From Candidatus Peregrinibacteria bacterium (GTDB taxonomy: Bacteria; Patescibacteriota; Gracilibacteria; Peribacterales; Peribacteraceae), in contig JACOTD010000078.1 of the NCBI GenBank assembly GCA_016178535.1, forward strand, positions 1 through 60,456: DNA of 60,456 nucleotides, given 5' to 3'. Positions 29,357 to 38,345 of the stretch are shown here, one piece after another. The notes beneath the pieces were generated by a model that saw only the letters and a list, made by a program, of their open reading frames with translations, was not told where the DNA came from and ran no database searches. Both the position numbers and the translations under genes were made by a program. Position 1 is the first letter of the stretch. Each line of letters starts with the position of its first letter.

Positions 29357-29566
29357 TCACCGTATTTTTCGAACCAATTCGTCCAAATCACCTTCCAATG
29401 TCGGTTCTTTTTCAGCGCGAAGGACGGCTTGGATAGCATGTTCTTCGACATATCTTTCGACTGCCTTGCGAATCACATCAGCCCTGCTCTTCGCAATACC
29501 GTCATCGACCAATTCATCCATATAGTGGATCGTCTTTTGAGAAAGTGTGGCAGAGACAGTTGTCAT
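29357..29566 (-). CDS. Ribbon-helix-helix (CopG-like) protein, antitoxin-like, with no adjacent toxin
   Basis: 69 aa: MTTVSATLSQKTIHYMDELVDDGIAKSRADVIRKAVERYVEE..., giving a beta-strand then helix-helix RHH pattern. Confidence 0.65.
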   Translation of the reverse strand: MTTVSATLSQKTIHYMDELVDDGIAKSRADVIRKAVERYVEEHAIQAVLRAEKEPTLEGDLDELVRKIR

Positions 29567-29588
29567 AGCTGCTATATATCATACACCT

Positions 29589-30173
29589 ATGTCCCATTTG
29601 ATCCTCGCCTCGGCCAGTCCACAGCGAAAGTCATTGCTTCACGGACTCGGTGTTTTGTTCGATGTGGTGCCGAGCGATGTAGCCGAGGAATCCTGCGGCG
29701 AAGTCCATCCTCGTCGTCGTGCCCAGGCGCTCGCGGAACTCAAAGCACGCGACGTCGCGGGGAAGCATCCGGAATCCTGGGTCATCGGCTGCGACACGCT
29801 CGTCGTCGGCTGCGAAGGAACGATCCTCAAGAAACCCCGAGATGAACGTGATGCTCGCCGCATGTTGCAGCTGCAGAGCGGCAAGACGTCCGTCGTCCAT
29901 TCCGGACTCTGTCTGGTCGCTCCGGACGGTCGAGAGGCGAGCGACGCCTCGAGCAGTTTCGTCACGTTCAAGACGTTGAGTGATCGAGAGATCGAGTGGT
30001 GGATCGGCACCGATCAATGGAGAGATCGCTCCGGCGGATTTCAAATCGATGGTCTGGGACAGTTGATGATCGCGAAGATCGAGGGTGATTGGACGAGTAT
30101 CGTCGGATTTCCGGTGTTTCTGTTCGGAGAAATGTGCCGGGGGATGGGGGCGCCGTTCTCGAACGTTGCTTGA
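29589..30173 (+). CDS. maf: Maf-family nucleoside-triphosphate pyrophosphatase
   Basis: MSHLILASASPQRKSLLHGLGVLFDVVPSDVAE...VIGCDTLVV...ILKKPRDERDARRMLQLQSGKT..VHSGL...GGFQIDG. Confidence 0.9.
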   Translation: MSHLILASASPQRKSLLHGLGVLFDVVPSDVAEESCGEVHPRRRAQALAELKARDVAGKHPESWVIGCDTLVVGCEGTILKKPRDERDARRMLQLQSGKTSVVHSGLCLVAPDGREASDASSSFVTFKTLSDREIEWWIGTDQWRDRSGGFQIDGLGQLMIAKIEGDWTSIVGFPVFLFGEMCRGMGAPFSNVA

Positions 30174-30247
30174 ACCATGCTCGTTCACTTGTTGCTCGTT
30201 GCAATACTTTATCGAGCAACGGAACATGGTCAAGCAACGAGCAACGT

Positions 30248-30409
30248 TCATAAAATTTGATCCTCCTCCGGCGGGTGTCCTTCGCCGATTCTCTGCCCCA
30301 GCTCGCCGAGGTTGTTCGTGTCCTGCGGGCGAATGTCGGATGGGGAGCTCGACTCATCGCCGGGGCCGCTGTCATCGTTCTTTCCTTTCTTGGGAGGGAG
30401 ATTCTTCAT
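30248..30409 (-). CDS. Small hypothetical protein (53 aa, acidic/Pro-rich)
   Basis: The ATG at 30409 gives MKNLPPKKGKNDDSGPGDESSSPSDIRPQDTNNLGELGQRIGEGHPPEEDQIL. Codons are GC3-rich like the host genes, and it is the last gene of the minus-strand operon. No family was recognised. Confidence 0.35.
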   Translation of the reverse strand: MKNLPPKKGKNDDSGPGDESSSPSDIRPQDTNNLGELGQRIGEGHPPEEDQIL

Positions 30410-30438
30410 TGGCGCATGGTAGCATCTCTTCGCCTTGC

Positions 30439-31149
30439 TCACAACGAGCAGATGGAGAAATGTCTCATCGCGCGGCGAATACGATCGTACTCGGGACATG
30501 CCCGTTCCACTTCGCGCCAGAATGCACGGGCATGGTTGCCGTGAATGCGGTGCGCGAGCTCATGGACGATCACGTACTCGAGCATGTCTTGGGGCAGGAA
30601 GAGCAGGACGGCATTGAGCGCGATGCTGCCGATGTGCGAGCAGCTTCCCCACAGCGTCGTCGCGCTGTGGAGCTTCACTCCGCGCACGCGCACGCGCAGC
30701 GTCTGGGTATTGATCGCGTGCACGAGAGAGCGAATGCGAGGCAGTTCGAGTTCCGAGAGGAGCCTCCACAGGAAGCGGTGGAAGCGAGCGCGGCGGATGC
30801 CCGGTCCGAGAGTGACCGCCCATCCCTCAGTCGTTCGCCTCGCCCGCGTCCGGTCTCCGGCTTCCAGCGTAAAGCGGTACGATCCGCCGCCGGGGACGGC
30901 GATCGTGAGCTCAGACGCTCCTTCGAGGAGCGGTCGGAAGGGATCGATGCGCGTTCTGCGTTCTTCTCGTATCACGAATTTCTCCATGCGCTTGAGGAGA
31001 TTCTCGATATGCCGCTGCTCTTCGCGCAGGGAGAGATTGCGCGCGAGGCGGATCACAATCGTCTCGTCTCTGTACACCGCGTTGGAATGGCGGTTGCGGG
31101 TGCGTTCGAGGCGGTAAGGGAGGGACATGAGAAAGGATGGGTGTTTCAT
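30439..31149 (-). CDS. YgjP-like (DUF45 / M48-type, SprT-like) zinc metallopeptidase
   Basis: WGSCSHIGSIALNAVLLFLPQDMLEYVIVHELAHRIHGNHARAFWREVERACPEY contains the HExxH motif in the DUF45 context. The ATG at 31149 overlaps the upstream stop (ATGA). Confidence 0.8.
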   Translation of the reverse strand: MKHPSFLMSLPYRLERTRNRHSNAVYRDETIVIRLARNLSLREEQRHIENLLKRMEKFVIREERRTRIDPFRPLLEGASELTIAVPGGGSYRFTLEAGDRTRARRTTEGWAVTLGPGIRRARFHRFLWRLLSELELPRIRSLVHAINTQTLRVRVRGVKLHSATTLWGSCSHIGSIALNAVLLFLPQDMLEYVIVHELAHRIHGNHARAFWREVERACPEYDRIRRAMRHFSICSL

Positions 31150-32006
31150 TGTGAGCTCGAGCTGCTCATCATCGCTCCGGAGGCGGTCATCGGCATTGCG
31201 GCGAACTTCATCAGCGATGCGCAGGTGTGGAGGGATGGGGCGAGGGAGGGGAAGGAGCCGCCCGTGCCGGCGATCACGCGCGCTCGCACGTCGTAGAGCG
31301 AGGTCTCCGCGCTGAGCAGACACTGCGTCGCCGTGTTCCATGGAGAAGGATCGCCGGCGGCCGCGGCTTGGTCGCGCGCTTCGAGGAGCAGGTAATCGAC
31401 CCACGTGATGAGCCGCTCGATGCGCAGCTGCGTCCATCCTTCCCAGACGATGTTCCGGTAGCGATCGCGCAGATTATTGCGGGCTTCCAGCAGATCATCC
31501 CTCCCCGTGTACACGCCGGCGTCCACCGCGCTCACGACGGTGCCGAGCGCATCCGTGAGGGCGCCGATCTTCTTCCCGAGCGCCTGCCGCACGTCCGAGG
31601 GAATGCCTGGAGCATCATGGAGATACCCCGTTTGGGCCAGGAGCAGCGCTCTCTCTTGCGTGATCTCCCCGCGGAAGCACCGCTGGATCGTCGGGAACTT
31701 CGTGTCCCTGTTTGCGCGACGGATCTCGTCCCTGCACTGCGCGCGGAACTCCGCGCGCTTCTTGTCGTACCGCGCGACGGCGCCCCTCTTGCGCTGCTCT
31801 CTCGCCTGCGCATCCAGCACCCGGTTCCAGAAATCCTTCGTCCGCGCGACGCGCGATTGCCACTGGAGGAGCAGTGCGCCCGTGTTGGTCATCATCTTGT
31901 TTGTCTCTGTTCCGCTTCCGGTTGCTGTTGCGCGCACGCCCACGCTCCATTCGATCACGAGGAAGAGGAGCGTGAGGGAGAGGAGGACGGGGCGGAGGCG
32001 GGGCAT
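31146..32006 (-). CDS. Secreted hypothetical protein (286 aa)
   Basis: Signal-like N-terminus MPRLRPVLLSLTLLFLVIEWSVGVRA followed by a helical, R/E-rich body. Its stop overlaps the start of the DUF45 peptidase gene. No family was recognised. Confidence 0.6.
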   Translation of the reverse strand: MPRLRPVLLSLTLLFLVIEWSVGVRATATGSGTETNKMMTNTGALLLQWQSRVARTKDFWNRVLDAQAREQRKRGAVARYDKKRAEFRAQCRDEIRRANRDTKFPTIQRCFRGEITQERALLLAQTGYLHDAPGIPSDVRQALGKKIGALTDALGTVVSAVDAGVYTGRDDLLEARNNLRDRYRNIVWEGWTQLRIERLITWVDYLLLEARDQAAAAGDPSPWNTATQCLLSAETSLYDVRARVIAGTGGSFPSLAPSLHTCASLMKFAAMPMTASGAMMSSSSSQ

Positions 32007-32049
32007 GACGGGAGTATACCTCAGAGATTTTTGAGGAGAGGAAAACCGT

Positions 32050-34122
32050 TCACCCGCCCCCCATCTTCGCGTAGATTTCCTGCCCCAGGAGGCTGCGCTC
32101 TTTGTTCAAGTACTGGATCACCGTCTCCACGAACGTTGAATGGCTCCAGGTGAGGGGGGCCACCGAGAGGGGGGCGCCGGTGAGGGGGTGCATCTGCTCG
32201 GGGAGGATGCCGCTGGGGGAGGCGCAGCGAAGCACCCACTCGAGGATGCCCTTGGCACCCGCCAGATCGCCCGAGATTTTCGCCGTCGCGATCTGCCACT
32301 GCGCGAACCAGAGGGTGGTGATGATCCAGGGGTTTCCGGGGATATCGCCGCCGATCGGAACGACTTCCTGGTAGTGGTCGCCCGGGTAGCGCGCGAAGCC
32401 TTTGATCCCTGTTTTGAGGCTCAGCTGCTCGGTCAGTTGGCGCATGGTGGAGAGAACGCGCGGGTCATCGACGGGGAGGACGCCGAGAATCCAGATCATC
32501 GCGATGCTCGCATCGGGGGTCAGATCCCGCTCGGTCGTCTGGCCGTCCTTGCGCTTGATCTTCTTGAGGAAGCGCTGAGTTCCTTCATCGAAGAGGTGGA
32601 AGAGGAGCGCCTGGCGCATTTGATCGGCCGCGGCTTCGTAGATCTCGGAGTGCTGATGATGGCCGAGAATGTGACAGATGCGGGCCGATGCGTGGAGGCC
32701 GGCGATGGTCGCCGCCGTGGTGTAGGTGAAGATGCCGCGGTGCTCCTCCCACGGATCGTAGCTGGGGAGCGGCAGACCCGTCTTCTCCTCACGGAAATCG
32801 CAGAGGAAGTTCGATCCCTTCCGCACGAAGTTCTCGTACATCTCCTGTAAGAATTCAAAGTCGTTGGTGCTCTGGAAGTGCTTCCACAGCGCGTGGATCA
32901 CGAGTGCCGTCTCATCCTCCTGAATCGGGAGCTGTGCTTCGCCGCTGCGGAACCACGGGTGCCACGAGGAACCGAGCGAGCCATCGGGATTGTATTTATG
33001 CAGCAGGTAGCCGTCCGGCGATTGGATGCGGCAGCAGAAGCGGAAGAACTCGCGCGTCACTTCCTGGTAGCCGGCCTGGTCGAGTGCGAGGGAGACGAAC
33101 GCGCCGTCTCGCGGCCACACGTACGTGTACGTGTCGCGGTTGAAGGCCATGATGTCGCTGTCCGCCGCCGCGATCACGCCGCCATTCTTGTCGATGTGCG
33201 TGCGGATGAGGAGCAAGCTCCGCTTGAAGAGTTCGATCAGCTGCGGCGAGAGCGAGCCGAAGTTCCACTGGGTCTTGTTCACCCAGCTCTTCCAGTAGTT
33301 GTGGCAGTGGCGCAGCAAGCGCTCGGGAGTGTCGTCGAGCACGATCTGCTGCAGGCGCAGGACGTCATTCAGCGTCTTCCCGAGACACAGCCACAGGACC
33401 ACTTCCGTTTCCTTGTCCGCCCCCACCGCGCAGTGGATGCCGACCGTCGAATCAACCGATCCCTGCTCGATGGGGTTTCTGTTCAGCTCGCCGTCTTCCG
33501 CATCCTTCCACGTCCCCTCGAGACCGCGGTAATCGGCCTTGCCCACGTTGAACGAGGAGATGCCGCATGTCTTGAGATGTTGCATGCTCCGCAGCACAGA
33601 CTCGTAGCGTCCGCCATCCACGCCCGTGACGCACTCGGTGGGCCGGTCCGTCGTCCCGCCGACGAGGAAGTAGCGCGACTGGCGGTAGTGAATGATGCAG
33701 TTCGTGTACGGTTCGTAGAAGGCCGTGTCTTTCTGCTTGTCGCCGTAGATGTAGAAGTTGTGGTTGAAGAACATGCGCACGTGCCTGGCGCCGTCCGTCG
33801 ACCGCATGCGGAAGTGACGAAGCAGAATATTGTGGACGGGGTGGACGTAATCGAACGCGGTGATCACGAGTCCCAACCGGTCATTCCTGAGGGTCGAATT
33901 TCCCACGAGCGTCTCCGGGGTGTAGCTCGGCGTCACGCGCCAGCTGCCGTCGCCGAGCCACGAGAATCCCCGCCCCTCCACGAGCACACCGATGCGGTGC
34001 ATGTGCCCGTACGTCGTCTGGTCTTCCATACCCACGTACGGGTAGTACAGGTCGCGCATCTGGAGCGTCTCGTCGAACGTCGCGAGCATGTGGCTGTTGC
34101 CGAAGACGAGGGAGCGAGGCAT
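32050..34122 (-). CDS. Glycoside hydrolase family 15 (glucoamylase/glucodextranase-like)
   Basis: MPRSLVFGNSHMLATFDETLQMRDLYYPYVG...YTYVWPRDGAFVSLALDQAG...IQEDETALVIHALWKHF...SYDPWEEHRGIFTYTTAATIAGL. The start is taken at the ATG at 34122. Confidence 0.85.
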   Translation of the reverse strand: MPRSLVFGNSHMLATFDETLQMRDLYYPYVGMEDQTTYGHMHRIGVLVEGRGFSWLGDGSWRVTPSYTPETLVGNSTLRNDRLGLVITAFDYVHPVHNILLRHFRMRSTDGARHVRMFFNHNFYIYGDKQKDTAFYEPYTNCIIHYRQSRYFLVGGTTDRPTECVTGVDGGRYESVLRSMQHLKTCGISSFNVGKADYRGLEGTWKDAEDGELNRNPIEQGSVDSTVGIHCAVGADKETEVVLWLCLGKTLNDVLRLQQIVLDDTPERLLRHCHNYWKSWVNKTQWNFGSLSPQLIELFKRSLLLIRTHIDKNGGVIAAADSDIMAFNRDTYTYVWPRDGAFVSLALDQAGYQEVTREFFRFCCRIQSPDGYLLHKYNPDGSLGSSWHPWFRSGEAQLPIQEDETALVIHALWKHFQSTNDFEFLQEMYENFVRKGSNFLCDFREEKTGLPLPSYDPWEEHRGIFTYTTAATIAGLHASARICHILGHHQHSEIYEAAADQMRQALLFHLFDEGTQRFLKKIKRKDGQTTERDLTPDASIAMIWILGVLPVDDPRVLSTMRQLTEQLSLKTGIKGFARYPGDHYQEVVPIGGDIPGNPWIITTLWFAQWQIATAKISGDLAGAKGILEWVLRCASPSGILPEQMHPLTGAPLSVAPLTWSHSTFVETVIQYLNKERSLLGQEIYAKMGGG

Positions 34123-34124
34123 AT

Positions 34125-35480
34125 CTAACGGGAAGATCCAAGGTGCAAGAAACAAGATCCAAACATTTTTTTGAAGAAGCTGTTGAGGGAGTAGCCATTG
34201 GCACTCTGTGATTCTTCTTTGTTTCTTGTATCTTGTATCTTTATTGTTTCGTTGAGTCGCTCCCGCAAATCGCACAGTGCATGGCTGTACCTCCGGTACG
34301 CTTCGTACGGGGAATCATAGGGGCTGAAGTACTTGTGCACGTCGCCGTCGTTCCAGTACTTGGTGCACATGTAGTAGAAGTGATCCGAGGTCTGCAATCT
34401 TCCCCACATCTTCGCGAGTTCTTCGCTGTGACTTCGTTCCACCAGATCCTCGAGACCGTAGAGCGCATCGAGTGCGGAGCGCTGGATGCGATTGCCCTGC
34501 CACGCGGAGAGATCGCGCTCGGTATCCGCCCAGGAGATGAAGTCGTGCGCGTCGTACGTCTGCGAGGCGCCCTGCCATCGCGCGATCACCTCCGAGGGAG
34601 TTGTCGTCGCAATCCCGCGCTCGTCCCAGATCCGCGGCAACGCGCGCAAGAATTCGAAGATTCCCGTGTCTTCCCACTGGTGCTCGCCGAAGGTCTCGTA
34701 GTCCATGAAGAGGTTGATGCTGTGGCCCCCGGTTGCCATGAGCCAATCCGTGAACGTGTCGGCATGGAGCGGATAGCCCACCCACGACCGGTCTGAGAAA
34801 CGGAACGCGACGTCATCGGAGAGTCGGTAATTCTTGAGGAGAATGTGGATCTGGTCGGAAGGCGGCATCCAGCGCTCACGGTTGATGATCTGCTCCTGCT
34901 CGGGGCGCAGTGGGAAATCGGGAGGCGTGAACGGTTCGTTGGCGCTGCGGTTCCCGAGCAACCGGTCGGTGCCTTCGGCGAGGATGCCGCGGAAGCCGAG
35001 CACGCGAGCGATGAGCGCGAGCTCATTGTTGTAGATCAGCTCCGTATTGCGGAAGACCGTCGGACGCTGCCCGAATTTACGCTCAATCGCACGACAATGC
35101 ATGCGCACCTGTCGACAGAATTCCGGGAGTGATTTGAGGCATGAGAGCGAGTGGTAGTACGTCTCGCCGAGGAACTCGACCCGGCCCGTTTTCGCAAGCG
35201 CGCGGAAACTCTCGAGCACGTCCTGCCCGTACTCCTCGCACTGCTCCAGGAACACCCCCGAGAGCGAATACGCGATGCGGAAATTCGAATAGCGCTCCAG
35301 GAGATCGAGCATCAGGCGATTGGCCGGCAGGTAACATTTTTCGGCGACTTTGCGGAAGACGCCGCGGTTCTTCTGCGCATCGAAGTACTTCGCCTCGCCT
35401 TTTCCAATCTCCGTGATGCGCAGGTCGCGCAGACGGTACGGTTGGTGAACTTGGAAGTAGAAGGTGATCGAGGGAGTCAT
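34125..35480 (-). CDS. Glycoside hydrolase family 57 (alpha-amylase / alpha-glucanotransferase-like)
   Basis: MTPSITFYFQVHQPYRLR...YLPANRLMLDLLE...ISGVFLEQ...FLGETYYHSL...NTELIYN...INLFMDYETFGEHQWE, matching conserved GH57 regions. The long upstream part of the track ORF is a run-on through the repeat spacer. Confidence 0.88.
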   Translation of the reverse strand: MTPSITFYFQVHQPYRLRDLRITEIGKGEAKYFDAQKNRGVFRKVAEKCYLPANRLMLDLLERYSNFRIAYSLSGVFLEQCEEYGQDVLESFRALAKTGRVEFLGETYYHSLSCLKSLPEFCRQVRMHCRAIERKFGQRPTVFRNTELIYNNELALIARVLGFRGILAEGTDRLLGNRSANEPFTPPDFPLRPEQEQIINRERWMPPSDQIHILLKNYRLSDDVAFRFSDRSWVGYPLHADTFTDWLMATGGHSINLFMDYETFGEHQWEDTGIFEFLRALPRIWDERGIATTTPSEVIARWQGASQTYDAHDFISWADTERDLSAWQGNRIQRSALDALYGLEDLVERSHSEELAKMWGRLQTSDHFYYMCTKYWNDGDVHKYFSPYDSPYEAYRRYSHALCDLRERLNETIKIQDTRNKEESQSANGYSLNSFFKKMFGSCFLHLGSSR

Positions 35481-35551
35481 GGGAGTGATGGGAAGTTGCG
35501 AGTTGCGAGTTGCGAATTGCGAGTTACGAATGACGAATGACGAATTACGGA

Positions 35552-36781
35552 TCAACTCGTGATGAGGTTCTGGTAAATCGACCGGACATTGCCGGCCTGG
35601 TTTTGCCACGTGAGGCGTCGGAGGACATGGGGGGCTTCGGAGCGCAATTGCTGCGCGAGCGGCTCTTCGCGCAGGATCGTGAGGACGCAGTCGGCCATTT
35701 TCTCCGCGTCCCAGGCGTCGACCGTGAAGGCGTGCTGGATCACTTCTGCGGCTCCCGATTGCTTGCTCAAAATCACCGGCGTGCCGTGCTCGATCGCCTC
35801 GAGCGCCACGAGGCCGAAGGGCTCCGAGAGCGAGGGCATCACGAAGCAGCTCGCCGCAGCGAAGAGGCTCCGCACTTCCTCCCTGCCCGCCTTGCCCGTG
35901 AAGATCACGCAGTCCTGGAGATGGAGCTCGCACGCCCGATCGATCAGCGTTCCGAGCATCGGCCCGTCGCCCGCCATCACGAAGCGGACATCGGGTCGCA
36001 GGTCGTGGACGCGCTTGGCCATTTCCAAGAATTGCCACGGGTTCTTCTGCACCGTGAGGCGTCCCAGGAAGAGGATGAGCGGATTCTTTCCCTGCGTGAA
36101 GGGATTTCGCAGCACGCTCTGGACGGGGAAATGTTCGCGGTCATGGCCGTTGTGGATGACGGCGATCTTGTCGCCGGGGATTCCATAGTGCCGCATGAGC
36201 ATGTTCTTGGTGTACCCGCTCACGGCGATCACTCTGTCGGCGGCGAGAAGCCCGCCGCGTTCCCGAGCCGCGATCCATTCATTGGGATGGAAGTCCGTGC
36301 GGTCGAGCTCGGTGGCGTGAATGTGCGCGACGAGGGGTTTTCGCTTCTGTCGAGAGGTGCGGATGCCCGCTTCAAAGGTCATCCAATCGTGGCAGTGGAC
36401 CACGTCCGGGTTCACGTTGGTGGTTATCTCGACGCTGAGCTGTGCGAACTGTTCCACCGCTTCCCCGAGGTTCTCGCCGTAGAGTTCCTGCGCATCGCGA
36501 GGGAGCGAGATGATCTCAGTCTTGGCCCGAGTGCTGTAGTCGGCGAACGTGTCGTAGGGCTGGAGTTTGCTGCGGATACTCAAGCGCGAGAGAAGTTTCT
36601 GCTCCTCGGTGGGGCAGATCACCGTGATGTCGTCGCTCCCTTCATGGGCATTGGGGAGTACGAGCGTCACCTGAACGCCGTGCTTCAAGAGTCCTCGAAC
36701 GAGCCCTTGGCACGCAATCCCCAGTCCTCCGGAATGACGTGGCGGATACTCCCAGCCAAACATTAACGTGTGCAATGACAT
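35552..36781 (-). CDS. GT4-type glycosyltransferase, glycogen-synthase-like
   Basis: LMFGWEYPPRHSGGLGIACQGLVRGL...VVHCHDWMT...LFLGRLTVQKN...FVMPSLSEPFGLVALEAIEHGTPVI (E-x7-E). It heads the GH57/GH15 operon. Confidence 0.85.
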   Translation of the reverse strand: MSLHTLMFGWEYPPRHSGGLGIACQGLVRGLLKHGVQVTLVLPNAHEGSDDITVICPTEEQKLLSRLSIRSKLQPYDTFADYSTRAKTEIISLPRDAQELYGENLGEAVEQFAQLSVEITTNVNPDVVHCHDWMTFEAGIRTSRQKRKPLVAHIHATELDRTDFHPNEWIAARERGGLLAADRVIAVSGYTKNMLMRHYGIPGDKIAVIHNGHDREHFPVQSVLRNPFTQGKNPLILFLGRLTVQKNPWQFLEMAKRVHDLRPDVRFVMAGDGPMLGTLIDRACELHLQDCVIFTGKAGREEVRSLFAAASCFVMPSLSEPFGLVALEAIEHGTPVILSKQSGAAEVIQHAFTVDAWDAEKMADCVLTILREEPLAQQLRSEAPHVLRRLTWQNQAGNVRSIYQNLITS

Positions 36782-37046
36782 TGTGCGTGTTTGTATCTCC
36801 CGAACGCGCGTTCAGGAAAATCTCTGAAGTATACCAGGAAATGCCTTTCTGTACCAGAGATTTTCGCTCTTCGGTGTCAATTGATCGGCTTCTTTTCCAT
36901 GAGTGTGTTGTACCGTCTTGCATGTGGAACTTGGCACTTCAACCCGCCGTTCTTCTCCATTATTTCTTGAGCAATGTTGCATCCCATCCGACTTCGCCGC
37001 ACGTGCATTTTGGTCATGAACAGTCCATCGCGTACTCTCGGGACGC

Positions 37047-38345
37047 ATGCCGATTTCTCCGTACGCGTCCACACTCAACGATATCCTCAATGCGGAGCAT
37101 CCTTCATTGCTTGCGGCTCTCTCGAAGCGAGGGAAATCGATCTACTTTCCGCATGCGGGAATTCTCGGACAAACCGCGGAGGCGAAAGGGAAATCCATCA
37201 ACGCAACAATCGGCATCGCGGTGGGAGATGACGGAGCGCCGCTCCACCTCTCCTCGATCGCGAACACGATCGCGCTCCCGCCCGCATCGATCTTTCCGTA
37301 CGCTCCTGGCTTCGGTCTCGCAGCACTCCGGTCGGCATGGTTCGCAGAGCTTGTGCGGAAAAATCCATCGCTGTTCGCGTCGAGCTTCACGTTGCCTGTT
37401 GTGACGGGCGGTCTCACGCACTCCCTCAGCATCGCCGGCTACCTCTTCACCGACGAAGGCGATGACATCATCGTGCCGGAGCCGCACTGGGACAATTACG
37501 GCCTCCTCTATGAGCAGACGTACGGCGCAACACTCTCGACATTTCCCTTGTTCGCGAAGGATGGCTTCAACCTCGATGGATTGCGAGAGCATCTTCGATC
37601 CCATTCAGGAAAGCAGATCCTCCTCCTCAATTTCCCCAACAACCCGACCGGGTATTCTCCGCTTCGGTTCGAGGCCGACGACATCGTCATGATCCTCCGT
37701 GAGAGTGCCGAGGCAGGCAACACGGTCATCGTTCTCCTCGATGACGCGTACTTCGGCCTCGTGCACGACGAGGACGTCTATCCCGAGTCATTGTTCTCTC
37801 TGCTCGCGAATCTCCACGAGCGGATCATCGCCGTGAAGATCGATGGGTGCTCGAAGGAAGACTACGCGTGGGGGCTCCGAGTCGGGTTCCTCACGTACGG
37901 CATGAAAGGCCTCACGAAGGACGTCGTTCGCGTGCTCGAGGACAAAACCGCCGGCGCCGTACGCGCGACGGTCTCGAATGCCTGTCACCTCTCGCAGTCG
38001 CTCTTGCTCGCTTCCCTTCGCGACCCTTCCTCCGCGCGGGATCGAACGCATCATGCCGATCTTTTGCGCAGACGGTACAAGAAATTGAAGAGTCTTCTCG
38101 AGGAATCGTCTCCCAACTTCCGTCTCCTTCCCTGTAACTCCGGGTACTTCCTATGTGTGGAACTCGCGGACGGCATCGATGTCGATCGCGTCCGTCGCCT
38201 CCTTCTCGACGAGTACGGAACCGGCGTGATTGCGCTCGGCTCGCTCATCCGGATTGCCTTCTCCTCCGTTCCCGAATCGAACATGGAACAACTCGTCCGC
38301 AACATTCGCGAAGCATGTTCGCGCGCATCCTCCTTCGCCTCTTGA
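37047..38345 (+). CDS. Class I/II PLP-dependent aminotransferase (aspartate-aminotransferase-like)
   Basis: 432 aa: NATIGIA..DDG..., LLLNFPNNPTGYSP, VLLDDAYFGLV, and KIDGCSKEDYAWGLRVGFL (PLP-Lys region SK). Confidence 0.8.
   Translation: MPISPYASTLNDILNAEHPSLLAALSKRGKSIYFPHAGILGQTAEAKGKSINATIGIAVGDDGAPLHLSSIANTIALPPASIFPYAPGFGLAALRSAWFAELVRKNPSLFASSFTLPVVTGGLTHSLSIAGYLFTDEGDDIIVPEPHWDNYGLLYEQTYGATLSTFPLFAKDGFNLDGLREHLRSHSGKQILLLNFPNNPTGYSPLRFEADDIVMILRESAEAGNTVIVLLDDAYFGLVHDEDVYPESLFSLLANLHERIIAVKIDGCSKEDYAWGLRVGFLTYGMKGLTKDVVRVLEDKTAGAVRATVSNACHLSQSLLLASLRDPSSARDRTHHADLLRRRYKKLKSLLEESSPNFRLLPCNSGYFLCVELADGIDVDRVRRLLLDEYGTGVIALGSLIRIAFSSVPESNMEQLVRNIREACSRASSFAS

Noticed and set aside
29357-29566. 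A complete toxin-antitoxin pair at the RHH gene.
   Set aside because: No toxin-like ORF is adjacent on either side. The neighbours are trpS and maf, so only a solitary RHH protein is reported.
34125-36038. The full 637-aa track ORF as the GH57 protein; likewise the long N-terminal extensions of the track ORFs for hrcA, glyA, the DsbA-like gene, dcd, pckA, the HMGCS gene, the decarboxylase and the DUF45 gene.
   Set aside because: The extensions run through repeat spacers or the neighbouring gene and translate to nonsense, such as RNSSFVIRNSQFATRNSQL or ILSRVEG. Conserved N-terminal motifs begin at internal ATGs, and those were used instead.
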